A stretch of 64,000 bases of DNA, from assembly GCA_010909165.1 (NCBI GenBank), contig MU008180.1, forward strand, positions 185,884-249,883, given 5' to 3'. This document shows positions 50,636 to 61,723 of this stretch, piece by piece (the first letter of the stretch is position 1; every line of letters starts with the position of its first letter). The notes under the pieces are model-generated. The model was not told the origin of the DNA and searched no databases. It was given only the letters and a program-made list of their open reading frames with translations. The translations under genes and the position numbers were made by a program. Origin of the DNA: Anthoceros angustus. Its lineage: Eukaryota > Plantae > Anthocerotophyta.

Positions 50636-50776
50636 TATGAAACGAACCACTAATCTTTCACTTGAGGGCTCCGACTATACAAATTTGTGTGGTAACGACC
50701 CATCATGGCTGCAGTGGTTACAATTTTACTTATGCTTTGAATTGGAGAAGTACTTGGCACATAAGACTTAGCGGGT

Positions 50777-52479
50777 ACAAAGTTCACAGAATGGCTCATC
50801 CTTTTTTCAATATGATATGTGTCCTCAATCATTTCGTCAAATGACTAGAATGGACAAGTATTCTTTTCTTTGGTGGATATTATTTTCTCTCATCAAGTAT
50901 TCCAAAGTAATGTCTTTGTTGACCAGGCTTCAATATATCTACACGAGCTCCCTAAGTTTTGATAGGTTAGGCCATTACGGCAATGAATTAATGGACCTTG
51001 CAGCAATAGGGGATGAGCATAGGAAGTGTTGTGAACTATACTCGAAGTTGTCTTCTAGCTTAAGAAAATGTACTCTCTCCATACGTACAGTGGCCGAAAC
51101 AAGATTAGCCTGCCCTTTTGACTTGGAGGTTTGCAGTTTTAGGGTTTCCAGGATCGAGCTCATCCATGGCAAAAATAAATATGGTGCATACAAAAATACT
51201 TATGGTGCATACAAAAATACGTATGTTTCAACAAACAAGGAGATTTCAATATTGCTATCGCTAAGGTGCGTTATGTTCATGAGCATTGTATTGGCATGCT
51301 AAAGTCTTGTTGGTTCAGCATGAAGGAGATATGCACTCAATTCAACAGCAAAGCTAGGTATTCACATATTTGCTGCTAGATTCTGGTGTGTGCCCTTCTC
51401 CACATTCACATGATGTCCACACAAGATCTATGGTCTGAGGAAGATATGTTGGAAACAGGCATAGATGAAGACACTTACCCTTGTGGGCTCGAAGAAATGA
51501 GTACTCCTCCATTGGTAGGAACAACATCAGAATCTGCTCATGAAGCTGTAGGTGGGGAGTTGCAAGAAAAAGTCATGGCAACAGCTTTGAGGTTTGACCG
51601 TGAGCCAGGTGCTTGTCTTCATGTGTAATCACAAAGTTCACAGAATGGCTCATCCTTTTTCAATATGATATGTGTCCTCAATCATTTCACAAATGACTAG
51701 AATGGACAAGTATTCTTTTCTTTGGTGGATATTATTTTCTCTCATCAAGTATTCCAAAGTAATGTCTTGTTGACGCTTCAATATATCTACACGAGCTCCT
51801 AAGTTTTGATAGGTTAGGCCATTACGGCAATGAATTAATGGACCTTGCAGCAATAGGGGATGAGCATAGGAAGTGTTGTGAACTATACTCGAAGTTGTCT
51901 TCTAGCTTAAGAAAATGTACTCTCTCCATACGTCTGTGGCCGAAACAAGATTAGCCTGCCCTTTTGACTTGGAGGTTTGCAGTTTTAGGGTTTCCAGGAT
52001 CGAGCTCATCCATGGCAAAAATAAATATGGTGCATACAAAAATACTTATGGTGCATACAAAAATACGTATGTTTCAACAAACAAGGGAGATTTCAATATT
52101 GCTATCGCTAAGGTGCGTTATGTTCATGAGCATTGTATTGGCATGCTAAAGTCTTGTTGGTTCAGCATGAAGGAGATATGCACTCAATTCAACAGCAAAG
52201 CTAGGTATTCACATATTTGCTGCTAGATTCTGGTGTGTGCCCTTCTCCACATTCACATGATGTCCACACAAGATCTATGGTCTGAGGAAGATATGTTGGA
52301 AACAGGCATAGATGAAGACACTTACCCTTGTCGAAGAAAATGAGTACTCCTCCATTGGTAGGAACAACATCGAATCACTCATGAAGTCATGGGTGGGGAG
52401 TTGCAAGAAAAAGTCATGGCAACAGCTTTGAGGTTTGACCGTGAGCCAGGTGCTTGTCTTCATGTGTAATCACAAAGTT
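50777..52479 (-). mobile_element. 854 bp tandem duplication of a highly degenerate, possibly Ty1/copia RT-RNase H remnant
   Basis: acaaagttcacagaatggctc occurs at 50777 and 51631. The minus strand has only weak copia-like traces (YVFL....LPWMS, DITLEYL.RENNI). A copia-like PPT/LTR junction AAGAGGGAG-TGTTAG lies near 52780. The duplication is certain and the family call weak. Confidence 0.45.
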
Positions 52480-55317
52480 TCTCTCCTCAACTAGCAATGT
52501 TGTCTTCACGTGTAATCCCAAAGTTTCTCTCCTCAATTACCAATATTGCTGTAGACTGAAACTTAGCAACTGTCATGTATGGCTGAATCTTCTCTAGTGT
52601 CTTGTTACTCTTGAAATGCTTGGCCATAGTGCAAATGATTGGAGCGGAAGAGAAGATGCGAGAAAGAATATACAATGCACAAAAATTGTGTATATGTGTT
52701 CTTTGTGTCGGTGCACTTAACTAGCCTTGATTATGATGACTATTCATTAAGCAATGGTTGATTAACAAATCTATACTCTAACACTCCCTCTTAAACTTCC
52801 CGAGCTTGAGCTTAACCCTAACCCCCTTGTACTAGGCATTCACTTGAAGCTGCCCCCTCGTGCGGGCCTTTACGCTCCTTTCTGATACTCGAGGGTTTGT
52901 CCAATTGTCCTGGTGCTCCAGTTCGCGATGGCTACTCACCTGGCTACTAGTCTGGCTATGCTCTAGCTTCTGCTATTCGGAGCCACACATCTGTTGATCC
53001 TCGCGATGAAGACCAGGAGCACATATGAGTATGCATCCAAAACTCCAGGTGTTGGTTGCAGCAAAGGAAGAAAGTAGAAGCCAAGCAGTGCCAGGGCCAA
53101 GCGGAGAACTCCTATCAAACGCTCAGCAGAAACGGAGAACTAGGACGAAGGTCACTCAATCGGGGCATGCGCCTAGCGAGGAAGATACAGTATTAGTGTC
53201 AGCGTGAACCTTTGCTGGAGCAAGCCTCAAGAAGTCGACCCCAGTTGGCAACGAGGAGACGAAGGCAACCAGATATACTAATGATGAGGGCGGTCTTCTC
53301 CAGCCACTGAGGGATGCTGTCACACTACTAAATAGATTGAAGAGGAAAGTGGAAGAAGAGAAGCAACTATTGGGCAACACCAGTTGATTTGGTAAACATG
53401 ATGCTTCATCCGACTGGTGTGCCCTGTCTATGAAAAAAATTGTGCTCCCTCTGTGTCCTTATTAACTGGTTATCGCCATACGTGTTGTCACTGAGCAATG
53501 TGCCTGGCTGTTGAGAGGGCGCCTTAAACACAATTCTATCTGGAGGCTCAGGCTTCCAACCCCTACCCACACAACCAGATAAGTGCTATTGATCAAAATA
53601 AGCTGTGAGGTCATACAATCGAAGTCCTTCCATATGCGCATAGTATTTGTACTTAGGAAGTCCCTTGGTTAGTATAGCAGCTGTGTTGTCCTTAGTTGGA
53701 CATAGTCCACTTTGATCACTCCACCTTTTCTAGGGCTAATATATTGTGACAGAGAAGGAAAGTTGGGGAGGATTGCAGCTGATCTAGATCCTTGAGGAAA
53801 CTCCTTTCCCTTTCTTTCTCATTTTACTCAACTCGGTACGTGTGAAACCATGTTGTAAAAGTGGACCAATCAAGAAACGTTACTTTCGACTGTGTGAATC
53901 GACCCTTATACTACTTAGTGACAGCTAATGTTATATATCAGAATGTATATGAATAATTTTAATTATATATTAGTAAGTATATGAATAATTTTAAGAATAT
54001 ATTAATAAATTTATAAATTTTTCATGATAAATATATGAATAATTTTATTTATTAGTAAGTATATGCATAATATTAGTGATATATAGAGTAATCTCATCAA
54101 AACCAAATGAGTATGGAATCATCACCTATGGGGATAGTCAATCAAACATTTATATTTATTGTATTTTATTAATATTTAATTATTTAAAATAATATATAGC
54201 ATTTAAAAATGATATATATTCGAGAAAACAATTCTCATATGGTCAAAGTTGTATAATGACATTAATTCTAGTCATTTACGGTTAGAGGAGGGACTTTATA
54301 AATGGAGGAGAGATGAGGTGAGCTCATCTATCAAAGGAAAACATAAGAGACCATGAGGGTCGTAGTAAGACAAAGCAATTAGCTTAAGCTCCATATCTAA
54401 AGTCACCATTAGCTTGTAAGCTCCATATCTGAAGTCATCTTTAGCTCCTACAATGTTATAGCAGGGAAGATTAAAAGGCCTACATACTACAGAGGTTATA
54501 GAGCTTCCGAAGCATCACCTACTATCGTGGCCGTTCCGAAGATTGCTCCTAAAAGTGCTCTCTCGAAGTCATAGACTCTTGCTGTTGAAAGAATGCCATG
54601 AAGAAGGAGAGAGGTAGCCCCACAGCATGACCCTCGCTACTACAAGAATGCTGTGAAGGAGGAGAGAGGTATCCCTGTACCATGCAGGGAAGCATGACAG
54701 GCTTTAGCGGAGACTTAATAAATTTATAGAAGTCTTGAGCCAGCTTGCATCCCTCGTATTTCCTAACCTAGCTGCCTCTTTGCCAGCTTGCATCCGCTGC
54801 CCCTTGCCAAGTTGGGCAGCTGTAGGGATGAATTGGTCGCTAGCTTGCATTCCCTATACTTCTTGAACTTGGCTGCTGCTACACCGGCAGCTGCCCAACC
54901 TGGATGGTTAGTGATGACTTGTGACATGGTCATTTGCGGTCCAATACTATTATTTCTTACTTCTAAACCATGTATGCTTAAAAAATTATAATTTATATAT
55001 TTTATTTTAAAAATATTATTCTAATATACTTAATATATAAAGTTATTAATAAAATCTCCTGGTTTAAATTAACTTCTTTATAATTTTTGCACTATTTCAC
55101 ATCCTTCTTAACGAAATGTAAAATATAATATTATGTCCTCTTCTTCTTCTTCTAGGACATGAGGTGGCACGTGCAAAATAGTTTTTTTTGTTAAAAGCAC
55201 ACTTTGATTTAGCAGGCCCATTTTGATATTAGCAATCCCTTGGGAGATAGGAGAATTCTCCCGATGGGAGAAACCATCACTTTAACATAGAAGAACAAAT
55301 TCTTTGTTCAGTAACTA

Positions 55318-58279
55318 CTACAACTGAATAATCTGTGCGTTCAGCTCGTCGAGCGTCGTCAGAATGCGTTCACTTCTCCGTTGCTGTTTCTTGTCTCTAA
55401 CCGAGAACATAAGCACCTTCCCTCCGTGCTCGATCCAACTTTGCCCTGGCTTTTTCCTTCCACCTGCACCCCTTCTCATTCGTTCTACTTGTCTGGCTTC
55501 CTCTAACAGGCCGCCAAGGGCATAGATGTTGGACATCAGGATATACGCAGCACTCTGTTTCGGTTCCAGTTCCACAGCACGGTTGAAAGCACGCCTTCCT
55601 GACTCCATGTCACCATGTTTCCTACAAGCACCAAGTAAAGACAGCCACATTGCAACATCAGGCTGCATTGGCATTGTCAACAACAATGTTTCTGCCTGCT
55701 TCAGGAGTCCTGCTCGTCCAAGGATATCAATGACACAAGAGTAGTGCTGCCTTACTGCAGCAATTCTGTAGTCTCTGCTCATAGACATGAAGTACTGCAG
55801 GCCTTTTTCTACAGTGCCGGCATGACTGCAAGCTGTGAACAGACACACGAATGTGATTTCATCTGGTTGTATCCCTGCATCCTGCATTTGACTGAAACAT
55901 TGCAAGCTTGTTGTATAGTCTCCGTGCCGGGCATATCCTGAAATCAGTCCATTCCAGGCCACCACATCTTGCTTGGACAGTGTGTCAAATAACTGCTGAG
56001 CTTTAACCATCCGTCCACATTTTCCATAAGCATGTATGAGAGCAGTTGCCACTAGCACACTGTTCTCCATTCCGTTTTGTATCACATCATGCTGGATGTC
56101 GGTGCACATTCTCAAAGCTCCAACATTGCCACAAGCTCTTAAGATGCAAAGAAATGTTGCCTCACTCAGTATTACGCCCTCCCGTCTCATTCGCATATAC
56201 AATTGGAGGGCTTTTAACTCTAGTTCTTGCTCAATATATGCGCCCATCATCGAATTCCAAGACACCACATCACGCCCCGGATGTGTGTCAAAGACATTCC
56301 ACGCATCCACAACGCTGCCACATTTTGCATACATGTTGATGAGACTATTGCAGACAAACGTATCTGATGCATAGCCTCTTCGACAGATCTCCGCATGAAC
56401 TAGTGCACCCTTTTGTAGAGCATCTGCTTTCACTGTGTAGCCATCAACAAGCTCGCCTTTCTCCGTAGCTGCCAAGCTGCCACATGCTTTTAGAGTGGCC
56501 ACATAGGTCCGACTGTCAGGCAAAACACCCGCAGTTTGCATACCTGCAAAAGCTTGCAAAGCCCTGTCACCCTCTTCTTGTTCAGCATAACCAGCAATCA
56601 TGGCATTCCAGGAAACAACATCCCGCTCAAACAATGAGTCAAACACATGCCTGGCATCCTCAAGGCTCCCGCATTTTGCATACATGTGCACAAGTGTGTT
56701 GCAGATCATCCTGTGTGATCCATAGCCCTGATGAATTAGTTCTGCATGAATGGCTTTCCCCATCTGCAAAGCCCGTGATTTCACACGCTGACCGTTAGTA
56801 AAGGTGCACTCCTCCACATTTGCAGCAACTGCACATGCTTTTAGGGCACCAACAAATGTTCGGCTGTCAGGCGTCACACCTTTCTGCTGCATTTGAGCAT
56901 AAAGTTGCAAACCATCCTCACTTTGTTCTTGCTCAGCATATCCTGCGAGCATCGCATTCCATGACACCACATCATGTATTGACAATCTGTCGAAAACCTG
57001 CTGCGCGTCTGATACACTTCCACATTTGGCATACATGTGAACAAGGGTGTTTCCAATGTAGACATCCAATTCATAGCTCCTTTGAACAGCTTCAGCATGG
57101 ATTGCCTTTACCGCGTGCAGACACTGCACTTTGACAGGATGCCCTTCAACTAATGTCCCACGTTCAATGCCTGCCATCCCACTGCATGCTTTCAACATGC
57201 TCACAAAGATCCTCTCGTTTGGGCTTACACCTGCATCCTGCATTTGGGAATATAATTTTAGAGCTTCGTCAAGTAGGTCATGCTCAGCATAAACTCCAAA
57301 CATTACATTCCACGATATCAAATCTCGCTGACTCATCAGGTTGAACACATATCTCGCATCTTGAATGCTCCCACATCTTGCATACATATAAACAAGGGCG
57401 TTCCCAATAAAGACATCTGATTCAAAACCTGCTTTACATATTTTCTCATGAATAGTCTTACCCCTCGCCAACGATTGTGCTTTGATTGGTCTCTCAAACA
57501 TCGGCATTGCTACTTCGTCAGCCACAAGACAGGCACATGCTTTTAGTACACTCACAAAAATCCATTTGTTTTCGATTTTACCTTCTGCCTGCATTCGTGC
57601 ATAGAGTGACAAAGCCTCCTGCCCTAGTTCTTGCAGGACGTATCCTAAGATCATTGTATTCCACGACACCACATCCCTCTTATCCAATCTGTCAAAGACA
57701 GACTGTGCCTCCACCATGCTCCCACATTTGGCATACATGTCAACCAAAGCAGTGCCCACAAAGAAGTCCAACTCACATCTAGTTTTGGCAGCTTCTGCGT
57801 GGATCTGTCTGCCTTCGTGTATCTCGGCCAAGCTAGCACAGGCTTTTAATATGCTAGCAAGCGTGTACTTGTTTGGCTTTACACCTTCCTCCTTCATTTT
57901 GTGGTACAAATCAAGAGCCTCTCGATCTCGTTCCTCCTTCACATAGGCTGATATCAACTCCGTCCATGTGGAGACTTTGCGTACGGACAATCTGTTGAAT
58001 ACTTGCATGGCATCTGAAAGACTCCCGCACTTCACAAGCATGATGACAATAGAGTTGCCCAGGTAGACATTCGATTCGAGCCCCTTGTTGGAAATGAAGG
58101 CATGCAAGAGCTTGGCTTCACTAATGGCCTTCTTCCTACTACAACCTTGGAAGAGACAATCATAAGTTTCCATGGAAATCTGACTGCCTCGCTCGTCCAT
58201 CCAGTGCAGAGAAGTAATTGCCTCCTCCAGTCTTCCCTCCTCACACAATCTCTTCAACTCCGCATCCTTGCACTCTACA
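55318..58279 (-). CDS. PLS-class PPR protein, E/E+ type without DYW (organellar RNA-editing factor); terminal exon
   Basis: About 990 codons of P-L-S triplets (LVDMYAKCGS...A..VFD, DVVSWNAM..GY) end in an E domain and the PG box KKPGQSWIE. The first in-frame ATG is about 40 codons into the ORF, implying upstream exons. Confidence 0.95.
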
Positions 58280-58385
58280 CTGCAGACAGTAAGCCGTTTA
58301 GAACGCTCATTGCCATGTAACAAGTCAGTCGTGGTATCAGACGTTAATCTTTGTTTCTATCACCAATTTTACCAATGACGCATAC

Positions 58386-59269
58386 TTGTTGATTTCCAGA
58401 TCACCTAGCTTTGTTGCGACCCAAGCAGGTGTGAAATGACTACTGATACACAGGGCACCATTCTTGGTCTTGTGTCGAAAGTCTGGTTGCTGGGGATTTT
58501 TCTGTTCAGAAAACAGTGACGCTTACAAGTAGTGTTTCTGAAAGGAACACAGCCCTCCACCTAGTGCAACTGATTGTTCAAACGCCCTGTAGCCAAAAGG
58601 TTTGAAAATAGTGAACCGTAAAACACATACCTTGTCCAGCCTATTGTCCCACCATAGGGAAGGATCTTTGAAGAATTCTTGCCAAAGGAGTTCCTGCCGC
58701 TCTTTTTTCTTCGCTTCGCTGTATGCCCTACAGCCTACACGAAAGCGGCTACTGGCATGAGCACATTCACCAGTGAGACCAGAGTAAACGTTTTGATCAA
58801 AACAATCACATGTGAGTCTCACCTACAGCAGGAGATTCGGAGTCGTGTCCTTGTTCTACGACCTGCAGCTCTTGTCCTATCCAGCTGGGCCTCCCCTCAT
58901 TGTGCATCCTCAAATATTCGTTCCCTACCTGATGAAGCAAGTCAGGCTTGGTGGAAGATGTCTGCAAACTCCACGCTTTCACCAGCCTTGAGGTGGCCCC
59001 CGTCATGGTGCTGTAGAACCCACCTCCAGCAGCTCTTTCACCCATAGCTGCTACAATCTTCTCACCTTCGTGACCCAGTTGTCACGCACTCCGGAAGAAT
59101 TTGAGAAAACCTTTGCGCAGTAGCTTGCCACTTCCATCCGCTCGAATGCTACCCAGCCTCTGCATGTCACCAGATACTGGTGGGCACCAACGTCCATGGC
59201 AGATTCTGGGAGTTGGTGATGTTGGTGAATGCTCTGGCTCCGTCTGCAGCGGGATATCGTGCGTACCAT
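58386..59269 (-). CDS. Four exons encoding two OSB-type PDF motifs, predicted to be spliced onto the PPR exon
   Basis: Motif 2 reads ELLWQEFFKDPSLWWDNRLDK|KNPQQPDFRHKTKNGALCI....PAWV. Degenerate motif 1 reads KVFSNSSGVRDNWVTK|TSSTKPDLLHQVGNEYL......PSWIGQEL. Exons are 59269-59066, 58961-58823, 58734-58631 and 58501-58386, all GT-AG and phase-compatible. Confidence 0.75.
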
Positions 59270-61406
59270 TGTTAATGGTGAGAAGCCTGGGCGCCTCTCC
59301 GAAGTTGTAGTCTGTGCCAGGGCCTGATGGGCAGTTGGGACCTCCGGGCATCAAGCAGTCTTATCTCCAGGCGCGGCATCCTCCCAGCCTGTTGCTCCAG
59401 ACTACCGTGCCGCTGTCAGTGTTCAGAGCCACCATAGCTTTGCTCCCAATAGACCCTGGTACACACGAGATACTGAGCTTCACGCAGTGTTTTTTTGCAT
59501 CACTCTTTCACCATGTGTTGAGCTAAGCTTGCCTGGCTCAGCAGTGGGAGTGTTCGGACTGCTCCCATTGATGCTCCAAACTTTGGAGCATCAATGACAG
59601 AAGCATGTAAGGGTTTCCTGGTTCACAATCGCTATCAAAGCCACCGCCTTCATGAGTGATACTGGATTACTAGCTTTGGGCAGCCTTAGCTGCAAAGCCA
59701 CGTGCCTGCCTCATTGCATCAGGCGTCTTCGTCATCCAAACTTTGTCCGCTCCGGCACAGGTAATCCGTGGGCGCCCCGCTCCCTTCATTTCTCGTCCCT
59801 AAGATCATGTGACTAACAGCCTCATGTCAGCTGCATTTTCAGCTTCCATTTCGATCAGCTTCCGGCAGTAGCTTGGCAAGCCACGTCCATCAGCTCGTTT
59901 GCTGGAGGGCTGCTTTGAACGGCCCCTGCGCTTGGACATGACCGCACTGTAATGGTGTGAGCAGGAGCAGGGCAGGGGCGATGCCGCACAGAAAATTTCT
60001 GCAAAATTCATGTGCAGCGGCTTCACAAGAGACTGACAGAATGTTGTCACTATGCCCACAAAGTATGTACATACATACGTAGTTCTAGTTTCGTGTGCTC
60101 TGTAATGCAGGCACATGTGAGCAGCAGGGGCCATAGCTCGCGGCTTCATAACAAAGCGGTGGGCAAAATATGGGACCCAAGACTACGCCGAACATGAAAT
60201 GCAAAATCCGCAGCCGCAGCGCTGCACACTTGAATCTGGACAGGACCACGCCACAGGCTTACGCATCCACATCCAGGCGTGGGACGAAAGTACACATGGA
60301 ACGGCGTTGGTAGCAGCGATTTCGCACACCCTGACGCGGATTGCGTGGCAGATCTGGGAGAGGCAGCTGGATCAATTGCACGCTCTGGGGGTCGTGAATG
60401 GCAACTTCACTACCGGTATCCTTCCCGGTTAATTGGCTTCGCAGAGATAAAGTAGGATGGGCTTTGCGGACCCGGAAGACTTGGTAGAGATGGGGACTGG
60501 ATAACGCGGTTTGGGAGCCCTCCACCGCAATCCAGGTACATATTCTGGGCAGGCTAATACGTCATCACGAACCGCACAGCTTTAGGATACGAGTGGAACA
60601 TGCCAATTTTTTTGAATCCAACTGCAAACTGAATCCTCCTCGAAGCCTCGAGGATCCTCGCCCTCCGTGATGAAAAGAGGAATTGTCCTCGGAGAGCACA
60701 TAGTTATCAGACGGTCTTCCCATCTGTGGTGGAATCGGTTCTAAGACTGTCAAACTTATCCAATGCTGCGTCATAACTCATGACGCCTGTACCTCCCAAT
60801 CTGTCCAGCGCCGTGGCTGCGTCATCGGTCATGAGATGAAGGTCTGCTGGCTGAAGAAGCATAAAGCTTGATAATCGGACCTGAACGAAATGAATGATAC
60901 CGCATGTCTCGCACGTAGCAGATGCAGGATGCAGGACTGCAAGCCCGTTTTATGATGTAACCCATGTTTGGTGAAGTTGATTTTGGATGTTTGGGATCAG
61001 AATGTGCGTCTCTGTCTCTTCCTGCTGCATCTTGTAATCTATTTAGGCCAGCAATCAGAATAGTGTGGTGAGAAAACAAAGGGGAAAGGGTGCTGAGAAA
61101 GAAACCTCTCGAAAGATTTTATAGCATAAGAAAATGAGCACGGATTGGAATGAGGAACTGTTTGGTGCAGGAGGAAGAGCTCGGATCCAGCTGTCTGCCC
61201 TGTTTTTTTCAAATAATTCTGAAAATATTTTCATACAAAAAGACCCTTAAAACCGGTCCAGGCCCTTTCAAGTCAAAAAGGCCTGGGGGTATCTGGGGTG
61301 AAAGGATGAAAAGCATGCAGTAAGCAGTCAAGGGCTGAAAAGGATGGCAGGGCTTATTCATCCAACCATCTCAACCAGAACCAGGATATCATGATGGTTA
61401 ACAAGT

Positions 61407-61520
61407 GTGAGCGCCAGCCATCCTGATTTCAGGCACAAGACGTTCAAGGAGGCGCTGTGGCTGCATAACCGAGACAAACCTGGGGTGGATGGATGTCTAC
61501 CTGAGCTGGAGACTGGTGCT
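61407..61520 (+). pseudogene. Isolated PDF-motif half (OSB-type)
   Basis: HPDFRHKTFKEALWLHNRDKP matches the PDFKHK..GEALW consensus. No WWDNR half was found upstream. Confidence 0.65.
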
Positions 61521-61723
61521 GGGAAACGGCGCCTCTTCCGCATGTGGTCTACACCACGATGCAAATGTGTGGTGTATAGGATGACAAAACTACATCTAGA
61601 CATCTATGTTGCTTTGGAAGCAGAGTTTTATCTGCTGGACTTCAGGTGGATGCCTTTAAGTGGCATTCCTTCTCATTCCAGCATCGAGATAGATTTCAAT
61701 GGCCATGCCGGGACATTGCTAAA

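Noticed and set aside
53930-55130. Very AT-rich tracts at about 53930-54290 and 54950-55130
   Set aside because: Low-complexity intergenic DNA with no defined periodicity or termini.
59300-59800. SSB-like domain exons that would complete a canonical OSB gene
   Set aside because: All frames contain stops, and no convincing SSB motifs or phase-compatible exons were found.
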